Positions 10,760 through 23,546 of a stretch of DNA of 64,000 nucleotides are shown here, piece after piece. The stretch is from Octopus vulgaris (Eukaryota). Location: assembly GCA_951406725.2 (NCBI GenBank), contig OX597828.1, positions 36,208,001 to 36,272,000 on the forward strand. Reading direction: 5' to 3'. The number at the start of each line of letters is the position of its first letter. The stretch's first letter is position 1. A program made the position numbers and the translations under genes. Under the pieces are notes generated by a model. The model was not told where the DNA came from. It was given only the letters and a program-made list of their open reading frames with translations, and made no database searches.

Positions 10760-12709
10760 ATCGGGGAATTACCTCCCTTTGCAGGTTAAGGGCACCATGA
10801 CGGTGTCGAGCCTTTCTGGTGACGTCGATGTTCGCCTGGGGCTAAATGCAACAGTAACACCCCCACCACCCTGCCCTGTCCCTAGCCATATTCAGATGGC
10901 TTTAGTCCCTTATGTTATATATATATATATATATACGACAGGTTTCTTTCAGTTTCCGCCTACCAAATCCACTCACAAGGCTTTGGTCGGCCCAAGGCTA
11001 TAGTAGAAGACACTTGCCCAAGGTGCCATGCAGTAGAACTGAACACAGGACCATGTGGTTGGTAAGCAAGCTACTTACCACACAGCCACTCCTAGTCATT
11101 TTCTTTTTGCCAAATAAACACACACACCATATATATATATATATATATATATTTACCATTCCCAAGCAGACGCTAGAGTATGATGCAGTCCTTGACTCCT
11201 TGGATCCTTGTCAAACTGCCCAACCCATGCCAGCATAGAACATGGGGATTAAATGAAGATTATCATCATAATATACATATATGGCATCATGGCTGTTTGG
11301 TAAGACGCTTGCTTCTCAACCACATGGTTCCCGGTTGAGTCCCACCATGTGACACTTTGGGCAAGTGTCTTCTACTATAGCCTCAGGCCAACGAAAGATT
11401 TCTGAGTGGATCTGGTAGACAGAAAGTGAAAGAAGCCTGTCGTGTGTGTGTCCTCACCATGACCACTTGACCGGTGTTGATAAAATAAGTACGAGTTGAA
11501 CACTGGGGTCAAAATCCTCAACCCTTCCCCAAAATTTCAGGCCTTGTGCCTACAGTAGAAAAGATCATTATTATTATTATTATTATTATTATCGCAGTGA
11601 GCTGGCAGAATCATCAGCATGCCAGACAAATGCTTAGGAGCATTTCTTCCAACTTCATGTTCTGAATTCAGATTTCAATGCAGTTGAATTTGCCCTTCGC
11701 CCTCTTGGGGTTGGTAAAACAAAGTACCAATCAAGTACTGGTGTCAATGCAATCACCTAATCCCTGGCCTTGTGCCTACATTAGAAAGGGTTAGGATCAT
11801 CAACACATTTGGCAAAATGCTTAGCAACATTTTGTTTGGCTTTACATTCTGTGTTCAAATTCTATCCAGGTTGACTTTACCTTTCACCCTTTTGGGGTTA
11901 TTAAATTAAGTACCAGTCAAGCACTTGAGGGGAGAGGGATTCAGTATAATTGACTAGCCAAAACTTCAAGCCATGTGCCAATAATAGAAAGGAACACTAC
12001 TACTACTATCACCACCACCCTTTACAACAACTATCATCATCAACATCGTCATTCACCACTACAACCACAATGGAAGCTTCTACTTATGATAGTTGTTCAC
12101 CCCTACTAGAAATAGAAGTGAAACCTTCCACAAATCTACTGTCTTAGAAGGAGAGGATGCATTGGATAATGTGGTCTTGGGTCTCCTGCACAATGGTTTA
12201 AAAAAATGGGGTGGTTCATGGCCGGAATGTCTATGCCAAAATTTCAAACCATGTGCCTATAATAGAAAGGACTACTACAACCACCAGCACCAGCACCACT
12301 ACTACAACAACAAAAACTACTGAGTAGTCAAAGCAGTAATTCTGGATTAAATATGTCATGGTATAGGCATCACTTCACAGTTACAAAAGTATTGTTGTAA
12401 CAAGGAATTCCATGATGTGAAACCTATTTTTCCACGAACTTCCATGTTACATAGAAGTTAAATGAAGCCTGGAACCATGGGAAAATATTTTTTTTTACAT
12501 ATGCAGGCCACCTATATTTAGTTACTGTTCACCTTTGTGGCTTTAGTTTGAATTCTAACAGAACCAATTAGTTTTTTATTTGTTTGTCTTTAGGGAGGGA
12601 ATGAAAAAACTATCGCCCATATATTGAAATTGATCCAGTTGACTGTGAACCTCCCTCTGTCCCACCCATACAAATCTACAGTTTTTTCATGCTGTGTCTC
12701 AGACTTTAA

Positions 12710-12894
12710 CCTTTTTGTTAACATATTTCTATTAAACTTCAATGCTTTGTTTCAATTAATTTTGAAAATAATGGAAGATTTAGTTAAATAATTTTGTCAT
12801 GATTGATGGTGACTGAAACACCATGAATTAACATGAAAATTTGTATCATAAAACTAAGTGCATGCATGTCACAGGTAAGTTGGTATCAAAAGGG
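12710..12894. mobile_element. piggyBac-like MITE
   Basis: TTAA on both sides; degenerate TIR CC(T/C)TTTTG..CAAAAGGG. Confidence 0.55.
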
Positions 12895-13049
12895 TTAAAG
12901 ATATTTGAAATGGCTTCGTAAATTACAAGACTGAGTTGAAGGCTTATCTCAAAACGCTGAGCCTTAAAAAGATGACAATGGACCAAGATATGTGATGCAT
13001 CGCCGTTCTCAAGAAGACATTCACCGCAACAGAATTGATATCCTAAAGC

Positions 13050-13525
13050 CACGGTGCCACATAAAAAAGCACTGGTGATGGTGCCACAAGAAAGCACTGG
13101 TGATGGTGTCACATGAAAAGTGCTGGTGGTGGTGTCACCTGGAAAGTGGTGGTGGTAGTGGTGCCACATAAAAAGCACTGGTGATGGTGTCACATAAAGT
13201 TCTGGTGATGGTGTCACATAGAGAGTGCTGGTGATGGTGTCACATAAAAGGGGCTGATACAGGTGCCACGTAAAAAGCACTGATGATGGTGCCATGTAAA
13301 AAGTGCTGGTTATGGTGTCGCATAAAAAGTGCTGGTGATGGTGCCACATAAAAAGCACCCAGTACATTCTGTAAAGTGGTTGGTAATAGGAAGGGCATTC
13401 AGCTGTAGAAACCAAGCCAAAACTATAGAACCTAGTGTAGCCCCTGGCCTTGCTAGCTCCTATCAAACAATCCAACCCATGCCAGCATGGAAAACAGGCA
13501 TTAAATAATGATGATGATGATGATG
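13050..13525 (+). mobile_element. Family C-related element with about 24-26-bp tandem repeat (GGTGCCACATAAAAAGCACTGGTGAT) at 13053-13358
   Basis: Roughly a dozen degenerate units followed by the family C 3' end. Confidence 0.7.
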
Positions 13526-14346
13526 AGCTTCTTGGAAACTGATAAAGTTTGAACCTGGAGTGGTACTTTTAATGGCCATAGCTACTGCACCACATTGCAT
13601 TGGTTTTTTTTTTACTTAACTTCACCCCAAACCAACCAATTGAATTGCTTCCACCCTGCACTAAAACATAACATGTAGAACACAGAGAAGCCAAAAGAAA
13701 TGATCAGATGTTTCCTCACCATTTCCTTTAGGAAAGTACTTCATTAGAGGTAGGGCTTAGTAACCTTGTTAGGAGAATAATGACCTGAGCTTCCTCAACT
13801 AATTGTCCCAGTTGAAAGAAGTGACTACAGTAATTATAATAACAATTGGCACAAGGCTACAACGGAACAAAAACAACGTCGGCAGCAATTAACACAATAA
13901 AAAACTTAAATATAAACACACATAGCAATGTACCAAGCTAATGTCATTAATAACAAAAACAACATGAATGGGAGGAGAGGATCACATCATCGGCAACAAC
14001 AACTGATACAATTATCACAACAACTGTAATAAGTGGGTGTACTCTGAGTAGGCAAAGCGGTAGATAAGAGTGAGTTGTATAGTTTGGTATAATGAGTCCC
14101 CAAATTAGCTGGTTTGTAGTTTTAGAGAGGTGTGGGGCTTGGACAGAAGTGAGAGTATCTCATTAGCCCGGTTTATATCACAAGAGGTTGGGTGCACGTG
14201 TGTATGTGTGTGTGTGTGTGTTTGAATACAGGAGAATGGTAACTGAGCAAGTTTCAGAGTGTTGGACTACTGACCTCAAACACTCAGTCAATGTGCCAAG
14301 GGAAGTTTTGCTATGTCAATTATTTTTCTCTTTCTTTGAAAAGCCA

Positions 14347-14750
14347 TAACCCCTTTCTTCAGAAAGCTGAAATTTATAATACCTGATTCACAAAAGGTAT
14401 CAACCCTTATTTCAGAAAGTTATAACCCCTGCTTCGCAAAGGCAAAATACAAGCTTCACAAAGGTATAACCCCTCCCTTCAGAAAGTTATAACCCCTGCT
14501 TCACAAAGGTGAAATTCCAGCTTCACAAAGTTGAAATCCCTGCTTCACAAAGGTGTAACCTCTACTTCTAAAAGATGCAACCCCAGCTTCATAAACAGGC
14601 AACCACTGCTTCACAAATGGGCAACCCTTTCTTCACAAATGGGTAACTCCTGCTTCACAAAAGGGTAACACTCTGCTTCACAAAGTTGTAACATTCCTTT
14701 ACAAGGGCATAAATCCTGCTCCACAAACTTATAAGTTCTGTTTCACAAAG
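14347..14750. repeat. Degenerate roughly 21-22-bp minisatellite (AACCCCTGCTTCACAAAGGT..)
   Basis: Recurring CTTCACAAA/CTTCAGAAA cores. Confidence 0.75.
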
Positions 14751-15904
14751 TTTTGTTAAACCTGTTTAAGTAGGTCGTAATTCTACCTTGGAAAGCTCTG
14801 ACCCTGCTTAAAAAAAAGAGTGCTGCTCTTTCAACCTTCAAGAAGATATTTTATCACAAATGTAAACATTCTTGTACTCAACACATCATGGGTGCTTCTA
14901 GACATCTTGATGCCAACTTTAGAAGATACAATTTAGATCAGAGAAGAAAGAGTAGAATTAATGACCTTTTCAGGGCCACTAATGAAGAGGGTAAGGACAG
15001 AAGAAAGAAATCCCAACCTCGCAGGTTACTTACTGCAGTAGGAAGTTGTACAAAGTGCCAAATTATTGCAAAAACCAGTGTCTTTTAAAATGACACCATT
15101 TTCACAGAAATTTGGATGTGTGGTTAAGAAGCTCACTCAGCAACACTTACCTCTATGTTTCAGTCACATGGCGTGGAACCTTGGGCCAGTGTGACTGAGC
15201 CCCAAACCATGTGGTTGCAGAGCAAGTTTCTTAACCACGAAGACATGCCTGTACCTTCAGCATGAGTACACACACACAAACACACACACACACACATTCC
15301 TTTTTGAGTTTTTGTTTTCAGTCATTCTCTGTAAGGGATTTAAAACTTGTAAACACGATACAGTTGAGAAGGAAATGAAACCCATGGCTAGAACCCAGCA
15401 ACTCCCAGGAGACGGAAGCTGGATTATAAAGAAGTTGTTAACCTACAATGTAATGAAGTGTTTTTTGCAGTTCATTAGGGAATTCAAATTAAAAAAAAAA
15501 AGAAGGAACATACAAACATCTGAATGAGTGAATAAATAAAATTTTTAAAAAAAAACAATTTTTTTTGTATTTGTTTTTGTTGCTTTCAGATTCTTTTGAA
15601 ATTTTTTTTGAAATTTTTTTTCATTCCTTCCTAAATCTCGGTGAGATTTTGGATAAATTAAAATATACAGAGTGAGATAAAAAAAAAAAAAGGAGAGAAA
15701 GAAATGGGGGAGTTGAGAGAGGGAGGAGAGAAAGAGAGGGGCAAGAAGAAGAACAAGAAACCAAAAAAAACAGCCAAGTGGTAATGATCCCAGAGGAAGA
15801 ATTTAATATCCTCACAGCTCTTGAATAAGTGCGTAAACACACACACACAACATTATATACCTACATACATACATACATTGAAATATATATATATATATAT
15901 AATG

Positions 15905-15942
<38 letters not shown>

Positions 15943-16265
15943 CACACACAAACACAGATTTGTTTTTCACAAGGGAGAGACTGAAGTGTTGCTAGTTGTT
16001 AGCGCCTTCATCACATAGAAGTCATCAACCTGCAGAGATCTGAAGTCACTGTCAACCTTTCCCTTGTAAAAAAAATAACTTATGTGATACTCTACTTAAA
16101 TGTGTAGGGTGATCCTTCAATTAACATTTAACTATTGTTACATATAACACACAAAAAGACGTGTGTGGTGTGTTTTTATACATATTATATATACATGTAT
16201 ATATATATATTTCGTTTTTGCAGTTGGTTTGCAAGATTCTTTATGTGAATTTGCGTGTTGAAGCA

Positions 16266-16500
16266 TATTTTATTGTGTCTGGGGAGAGTCATTCTCTTTT
16301 AGTGCCTTGTTATTTAACACACTCACTGGTTTGATTTCCACTCATTTACTTATTTATTTTTCTAAAATTTTGTTGCGTCTTGCAACTTTTTCAATAGTTG
16401 CGAGAAAAAATAAATAAGTAAATGAGTGGAAATCAAACCAGTGAGTGTGTTAAGTAATAAGGCACTAAAAGAGAAAGACTCTCCCCAGGCACAATAAAAT

Positions 16501-16501
<1 letters not shown>
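16266..16501. repeat. About 98-bp inverted repeat with 39-bp spacer
   Basis: 16266-16363 vs 16403-16501, about four substitutions and one indel. Confidence 0.9.
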
Positions 16502-16554
<53 letters not shown>

Positions 16555-17302
16555 GTACAGGACATCACCAACATAAAATATGAAAACAAAAGAGTTCGAT
16601 ACGCAAGCAACGAGAGAAACAAATGGAAAACAGGACAAGTAACATAAAGAACGACCCTTCATCAGCTGTTGGCTTATTGAATGGCAATATGAGTTTTGAC
16701 GGTTGGTCCCATAAGTACCAAAATAAAACTTTGGATTTATGGAGGGTCAGAGTTGGGAACAAAAACAGGACAGTGGAGACATACAAGGAAACCGAACAAA
16801 AACAAACATGGACGGTCGTCAGCCCAGAACGAGGGTAAAATAGTGAATGCTGGAGAAATATTTTCTTTGACAAGGGAAAAGATAGAAGAGAAAGATATAG
16901 GATATGTCCAGTCTTTAGGACAGCCCTGAAAGAAAAGAAAGATGATCATGCGAGGAAAAGAAAGATGAATGATGGTCACGTGTGAGCAACAAGAGAGTAA
17001 AGGAGAAAGAGGGGGAGAGACAGACAGATAGACAGAAAATGGTGAAGGGGAGAAAAAGGATTTAGAGAAAGGATGAGAGAGAAAATAATATGCAGAACAT
17101 ATACACCACAGAGGCTCACATAACAATAGGATTGTTATATGGAAGCCTGACCAAGTATACCTTGGCCATTGGTAAAGCCACATGTTTGAAGAAATTTTGA
17201 AGGCATAGCTGTGTGGTTAAGAAGCTCACTTTGCAACCACATGGATTTGGTTTCAGTTCCACCATGTGGCAACTTGGGCAATTGTCTTCTAACACAGCTG
17301 TG

Positions 17303-17464
17303 GGCACAAGAGTGGCTGTGTGGTAGGTAGCTTGCTTCCCAACCACATGGTTCTGGGTTCAGTCCCACTGCATGGCACCTTGAGCAAGTGTCTTCTACTA
17401 TAACCTTGGGCTGACCAAAGCTTTGTGAGTGGATTTGATAGGCTGAAACTGAAAGAAGCCCATC

Positions 17465-17508
<44 letters not shown>

Positions 17509-17725
17509 ATGTGTGTGTGTTTGTGTGTGTGTGTTTGTCCCCCCATCATCGCTTGACAACTGATGTTGGTGTGTTTACATCCTTGTAACTTTGCAGTTCA
17601 GCAAAAGTGACCGATAGAATTACTAGGCTTACAAAGAATAAGTCCTGGGGTCGATTTGTTTGATAAAAAGCAGTGCTCCATCATGGCCACAGTCAAATGA
17701 CTGAAACAAGTAAAAGAATAAAAGG
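17303..17725 (+). mobile_element. Family A SINE, preceded by a second SINE head (about 17200-17300)
   Basis: Collinear with the family A consensus. Confidence 0.85.
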
Positions 17726-19659
17726 ACAAAAGAGAAAAAATTTTGGCAACCAGTCACATATATTCTTTTATTCTTTTTTTTACCTGTTTCAGTCATTTGA
17801 TTGGCCATGCTGGTGCACTAACATGAAGGCTTTTAGTTGAACAAAGTGACCCCAGGACTTTTTTTTAAGCCTAATACTTATTCTATTGGTTACTCTTGCC
17901 AAACTGCTAAGTTACAGGGATGTAAACACACCAACACCAGTTGTCAAGTGGTGATAGGGGCAGAGACAAACACACACACACACTCATATATACGACAGGC
18001 TTCTTTTAGTTTCCATTTGCCAAATCCACCCACAAGGCTTTGATTGACCCAAGGCTATGGTGGAAGAGACTTTCCCAAGGTGTATACACACACACATACA
18101 CACACACATGCAGCCTGGTACAAATCTCTGGCTTGGCAGTTCCAGTCAAACCATCCAACCCATGACAGCATGGAAAATGGATGCTAGACCAAAATTTACA
18201 GCCGAAACACCATAGCTCAACTTTTACACCAAAATGATTTTGGAAAGATAGTGGTAATGTGGTAATGTTTGAATGTTTATACTACATGTTTACACCACAT
18301 GTTTACACTATTATATTATGTCAACTTGTAAGCCAGAAAATATGGTTGTTAAAATTTCAGGGTTGTCTCCCTTACCCATTTGATCAGAACTAGTTATTTA
18401 GATAGAGCGCTCTCATCACTAACAATGCACATTTAGATAAATATAATTTCTTACATTACTACATCAGATACACTAGGATCTACTTTACTATTATAGTTTT
18501 CATGTCCCAGCAGTCCTCCTTAAGTATCCCCACTCATTCGTACATATAACCCCACCACACCCACCTAGCCATCCATACACACACACACACACACACCTAG
18601 CTACACACACACACACATAAGGTCAGAGGGATGGGTGTTTCTTTTCATCAGCTGTTGACTATAAAACCAACAAACTGTTACACTGAACGTAAAGTGTGTG
18701 TGTACTGAATATCATTTGTATGAGCGTGCACATGTGCATGTGTGTGTGTGCACATGCATATTGAATATCCTGTGCGTGTATGCATCTTTAACACTTATCA
18801 AAAACATGTATCAGTGTCGAAATAGAGTACTTCATGACATCTGGTGATTGAACTAAATAAAATGTTTACTAATATAGACATGAACTTTAAAATATTAGAT
18901 TAACAGTTGAAAAATCCAAAGCTTTTACTAACAGAAACCAAAGAAAGAGCCTCTACATGGTTGATCACCTTGCTAGAAATATCAGCTAAATCTTCCTCCA
19001 ATTAGACTCTACTGTTTTAAAATAAAAGGAAGGACAAACTGGATGATATAGTTCTAGATGCATTGTGCCTAATATTTATTTAATGGGAAGGTCATGGCAT
19101 GAGTGCTTTTGATTATAGGCCTACTTAATCGGGGCTGACCTGGGGGTGAAGACTTACAACAAGAAACCTCAACCGAATTGCTTGACATGCGAAAAATAGC
19201 AACCATGTCTTCCCCAAATGATGTCCTACTAGTTTAACTTCTTAACATCTAAACTGGCCATGATACTCTACCTATTTTATGTTTAAACCAGCAAGATCTG
19301 GCTTCTCTCACCTACCCTACAATGTCATTCTAAGAGTAAGCAATCACATCATCAAAATCTTGAAGCTACAAGATAATGCATGATTAATTCAAAACAATGT
19401 GAATAAATAAATAAAGTATTACATTTGAGAGAGTAATCTGAATGATACAGAGTTAAAAATATAAACAAGGAGTCCTGTATAATCAGGTATTTAGTAAACC
19501 CATTAAGTCCCACTGTCCTATAAATAGGACACTAAATGAAAACCTTAAATAAGCTATATCACATTGCCTCAGTATTTCCATTTCTACTTGAAGTAAAGGA
19601 GTTTTAATAATTATTTTTTTCATTTTAACCTGTTTTCAATCATTTGTAAAAATTTAAAA

Positions 19660-19811
19660 GGATTTGAAGTCAGAATGTAAAGGTCCTTAACCCATTAAAT
19701 CCCAGAGTATTTAAATTTCTGAATCATCATCATCATCATCATCATGATTCAGAAATTTAAATACTCTGGGACTTAATGAGTTAAGGACCTTTACGTTCTG
19801 ACTTCAAATCC
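19660..19811. repeat. 68-bp inverted repeat with (CAT)n spacer
   Basis: 19660-19727 vs 19744-19811, three mismatches. Confidence 0.9.
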
Positions 19812-20618
19812 CACCAAGGCCAATTTTAGCCTTTCATTCTTATGAAGAAGGTCAATCAAACATAGTGGCAATCAAGAACCAAAGGTCAATTTAATCTACT
19901 GTGCACTTCCATCAAAATTCATGGCCATTTTGGGCTTCTACTAAATCATCATCATCATCATTTAACATCTACTTTTCCATGCTTGGATGGGTCAGATAGA
20001 ATTTGTTGAGGTACATTTTCTATGGCTGGATGCTCTTCCTGTCATCAACCTTCACTTGTTTTGAAGTAAGGTAATATTTGCCCATGATGGTGACACTCAC
20101 TTATAACTATCATATGATGCCAAGGCAGGGAGACACTAACGCACGCACACACACACACACACACATACATACATACACATGGCAGGCTTCATTTTAGTTT
20201 CCATCAACCAAATCCACTGACAAGGCTTTGGTCAATCTCTGGTTTAAGCATAAGACACTTATCCAAGAAGCCACTCAATAGGACTGAGCTCAGAGCCATG
20301 TGGTTGAGAAGCAAACATCTTGCCAAATTCTTTTCACATCTGAGTTCAAACCCCACCAAAGGCAGCTTAATTTATTGTACAAATAGTGGAAAGTTGTGAA
20401 GGGAGATACCAGTTACACAACAGGGTCAATATAATGTACTGCATTTAGCACACCGGGCAAAATGCTTAGTGGCATTTCAAATTCTTCCATGGTCAGCTAA
20501 TTTTGCCATTCATCCTTCCAGGGTTGGAAAAATAAATACCAGTTGAGTGTTGGGGGTCAATGTAATTGATTTACCTGTTCCCCACGAAACTGCTGGCCTT
20601 GTACCAAAATTTGAAACC

Positions 20619-20814
20619 ATTATTATTATTAGTATTATTGTTATTATTATTGTTATTATTATTATTATTATTATTGTTATTATTATTATTATTGTTATTA
20701 TTATTATTATTGTTATTATTGTTATTATTATTATTATTATTGTTATTATTGTTATTATTATTATTATTATTATTATTGTTATTATTATTATTATTATTGT
20801 TATTATTGTTATTA

Positions 20815-20846
<32 letters not shown>
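20619..20846. repeat. (ATT)n microsatellite with GTT interruptions
   Basis: Direct inspection. Confidence 0.95.
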
Positions 20847-20848
<2 letters not shown>

Positions 20849-21296
20849 GGCAGTGAGCTGGCAGAATCGTTAGCATGCCGGACGAAATACTTAGCGGTAT
20901 TTTGTCTGCCGCTATGTTCTGAGTTCAAATTCCGCCGAGGTCGACTTGGCCTTTTTTGGGGTTGATTAAATAAGTACCAGTTACACACTGGGGTCGATCT
21001 AATCGACTTAATCCCTTCCCCAAAATTTGAGGCCCTGTGCTTCCAGTTGAAAGAATTACTATTATTAAGGTGGCAAGCAGGCAGAATCCTCACCATGAGG
21101 GACAAAATGCTTGGCACCATTTCTTCCGGCTTTACATTCTGAGTTCAAATTCCGCTGGGAGTCGATTTTGGCTTTCATCCTTTCGGGGTCGGAAAAATAA
21201 GTACTAATTGAGTACTGGGGTTGATGTAATCAACTTACATCCTCCACCCCACTCCACCCCCAAAATTGCTAGCCTTGTGCCAAAATTTGAGACCAA
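20847..21296 (+). mobile_element. Two tandem family B SINEs following a long (ATT)n tract
   Basis: Head AAGGCAGTGAGCTGGCAGAATCGTTAG, B-box GAGTTCAAATTCC, central CTTTCATCCTTTCGGGGTCG..AAGTACCAG resembling the Deu/Nin SINE domain. Confidence 0.8.
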
Positions 21297-22913
21297 TGTA
21301 ATGTAGTGTATTTCTCCTTACTCACCCCTCAAGAAACTATGGCCTTGTGCTTATAAATGAAGGAACCATTGTGATTATTAATACCATTCCTGTGGTTCTA
21401 TTTTTGATATCGTTAGTAGAGTTTTTTTTTTTAGACAAAAAATACACAGAAAGCTTTTAAAAAGAAAAATCTAAATAATTAATATACAAAAAAAAAACAA
21501 GCTAAATATAGTCTCTGAATGAGTCAGATGCTTCTTTTCACTTCATATGCATGTGTGTGTGTGTTTACATACATACACACACACACACATTACATACATA
21601 TATAACATATGTATAAGTATGTATATGTGTATGTGTGTGTGTGTGTAGCTATGTATGTATGCATGTGTGTGTATGTGTGCATACACACACACACACATTA
21701 AATACAAATATAACATTAACATGTGTGCATGTGTGCTTGCGTATGTATCTATTTATGTATGTGTGTGTGTGTGTGTGTGTGTGTGCATAGATATAAACTG
21801 TAGCTGTCAGTTGCAATGGAGGAGGACTCCGTAATGTGTACCATGCCTCAGCTAATTGTTTTAGGAACCCATGCAGCTGCAAGAAAATACAGACACCTCT
21901 CTTTCCCCTCCCACCACCCTCTGACCCAGTGGAAGATCTGACATGTGACAACTGGAGAAAGAAAGAAAGAGACGAGGGAAAGGAGAGAGAGAGAGAACTG
22001 TACCAGCATTCTAATAACTCGGTAAAGATGAAGGGTAAAGTTAACCTCTGTGCGATTTGAACCCAGTGTGCAGAGATTCAGGACAAGTATTGTAGCACAT
22101 TCTACCCAACAGTTTGTACTAGATCCCTTATCGATTGTTGTAACAGGGAATTTCATTATATCATCATCATCATCATCATCATCGTTTAATATCCACCATC
22201 CATGCTAGCATGGGTTGGACGGTTTCACAGGGCTTTTACAGCTGGATGCTCTTCCTAACACCAACCACCCAGCAGAGTGGACTAAGTGCATTTTACGTGG
22301 CACCAGCACAGGCGAGGTCAGTTTTGGCATAGTTTTTACAGTTGGATGTCCTTCTAAACCCCAACCTCTTTACAGTAAGGACTTGCATGGCACCAACACT
22401 TTCAGGGTCACCATATAACTTGCAAGACAATAATCCTCTGAGAGAGGATTTGGCATTGGAGGAGAGGATATATGTCAAACTGGTAAATTTGATGTTGGTC
22501 AATGTTTTTGGTTTGCTTTTTTAGTAATAATAATCATTCTGGCACACAAGGGGAAGAGAAAGTTGACAACACCTCCCTCTCCCGGGTACTTTACTGGCAT
22601 TTATTTTATCAACCCCAAAAGAATGAAAAGCAAAGGTGGCCTCAGATACCAAGCAGAAGAAATGCCACTAAACACTTTAATGTGCCAATGATTCTACCAG
22701 CTGACCATAATATCCATTCTACAAGGCCTAAACTTTGGAGGGTGGGGCTAGTCCATTTCATCACCCCCACCCCCAGCGCTTGACTGGTAACTTAATTTAT
22801 TGATCCCAAAGGAATGGAAGGTAAAGTCGACCTTCGTGGAATCTGAACACAGAACATAGGGGTGGATGAATTGCCACCAAAAATTTTGCCTGGCATGCTA
22901 ATGATTCTGCCTT

Positions 22914-23546
22914 AGAAGTGGGGGAGCACCATAGCCGTGTGTTGAGAGGAATTCTTTGGGGTTTGGATAATTCACCTTTGGAAACATGGGTGGTTCGTTC
23001 AACATCCTTAAACAATCCTTATTCAAGTACCTTTTGAGTGGGATGGGCTACTCGACCAGAAGAAAATTCTAACTGGACCTCACCTGCAAGGTCATTCAGT
23101 GTTTATCTTGATACAAGGTCACCATGTTGTTCACATATGGTTGTGATGCATGTGCCGGGTGTACCCTTATCAGACGGGTAGTCATAATGGGTATACTGGG
23201 CTTCGTATATTTTACCCCAGTACCACTTTGATGGCATGCATTGCTCTCAACACTCAATAATAATAATAATAACAATAATAATAATAATAATATCTTATTC
23301 AGGGACCTTTTGAGTGGGATGGGCTACTCAACCTGAAGAAAATTCTAACTGGGCCCCACCTGCAAGGTCATGCGCTGTTTATCTGGATATTAGATCACTA
23401 TGTTGCGCACATATAGTTGTGATGCATGTACCTGGTGTACCCTTATCAGATGGGTAGTCATGATGGGTATATTGGGCTTTATATATTTTTACCCCAGTTT
23501 CACCTTGATGGCATGCACTGCTCTCTCACTCAAAAATAATAATAAT
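22914..23546 (+). mobile_element. Two tandem 5'-truncated family D copies ending in (AAT)n
   Basis: Match the 3' portion of 42053-42619, with different 5' starts (about 22914 and 23293). Confidence 0.75.

Larger units (their letters stand above)
9295..10918 (+). mobile_element. Retrozyme-like 360-bp tandem array, right arm (about 4.5 units)
   Basis: Blocks at 9541/9901/10261/10621 are identical; few variants (4-nt deletion near 9337, extra T near 9431, C>A 9843, G>A 10797); ends in (TA)n at 10919. Confidence 0.85.
8191..11093 (-). mobile_element. Family A SINE split at its internal (TA)n tract by the 360-bp array (tail half 8191-8314, head half 10919-11093)
   Basis: Both flanks match consecutive, collinear parts of the family A SINE (compare 43841-44238); the tail half has an internal deletion. 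Confidence 0.85.

Noticed and set aside
8315-10918. CRISPR array, prokaryotic contamination or fold-back read artefact
   Set aside because: No repeat-spacer alternation; the array is embedded in two collinear halves of a host SINE and its arms have unequal ends.
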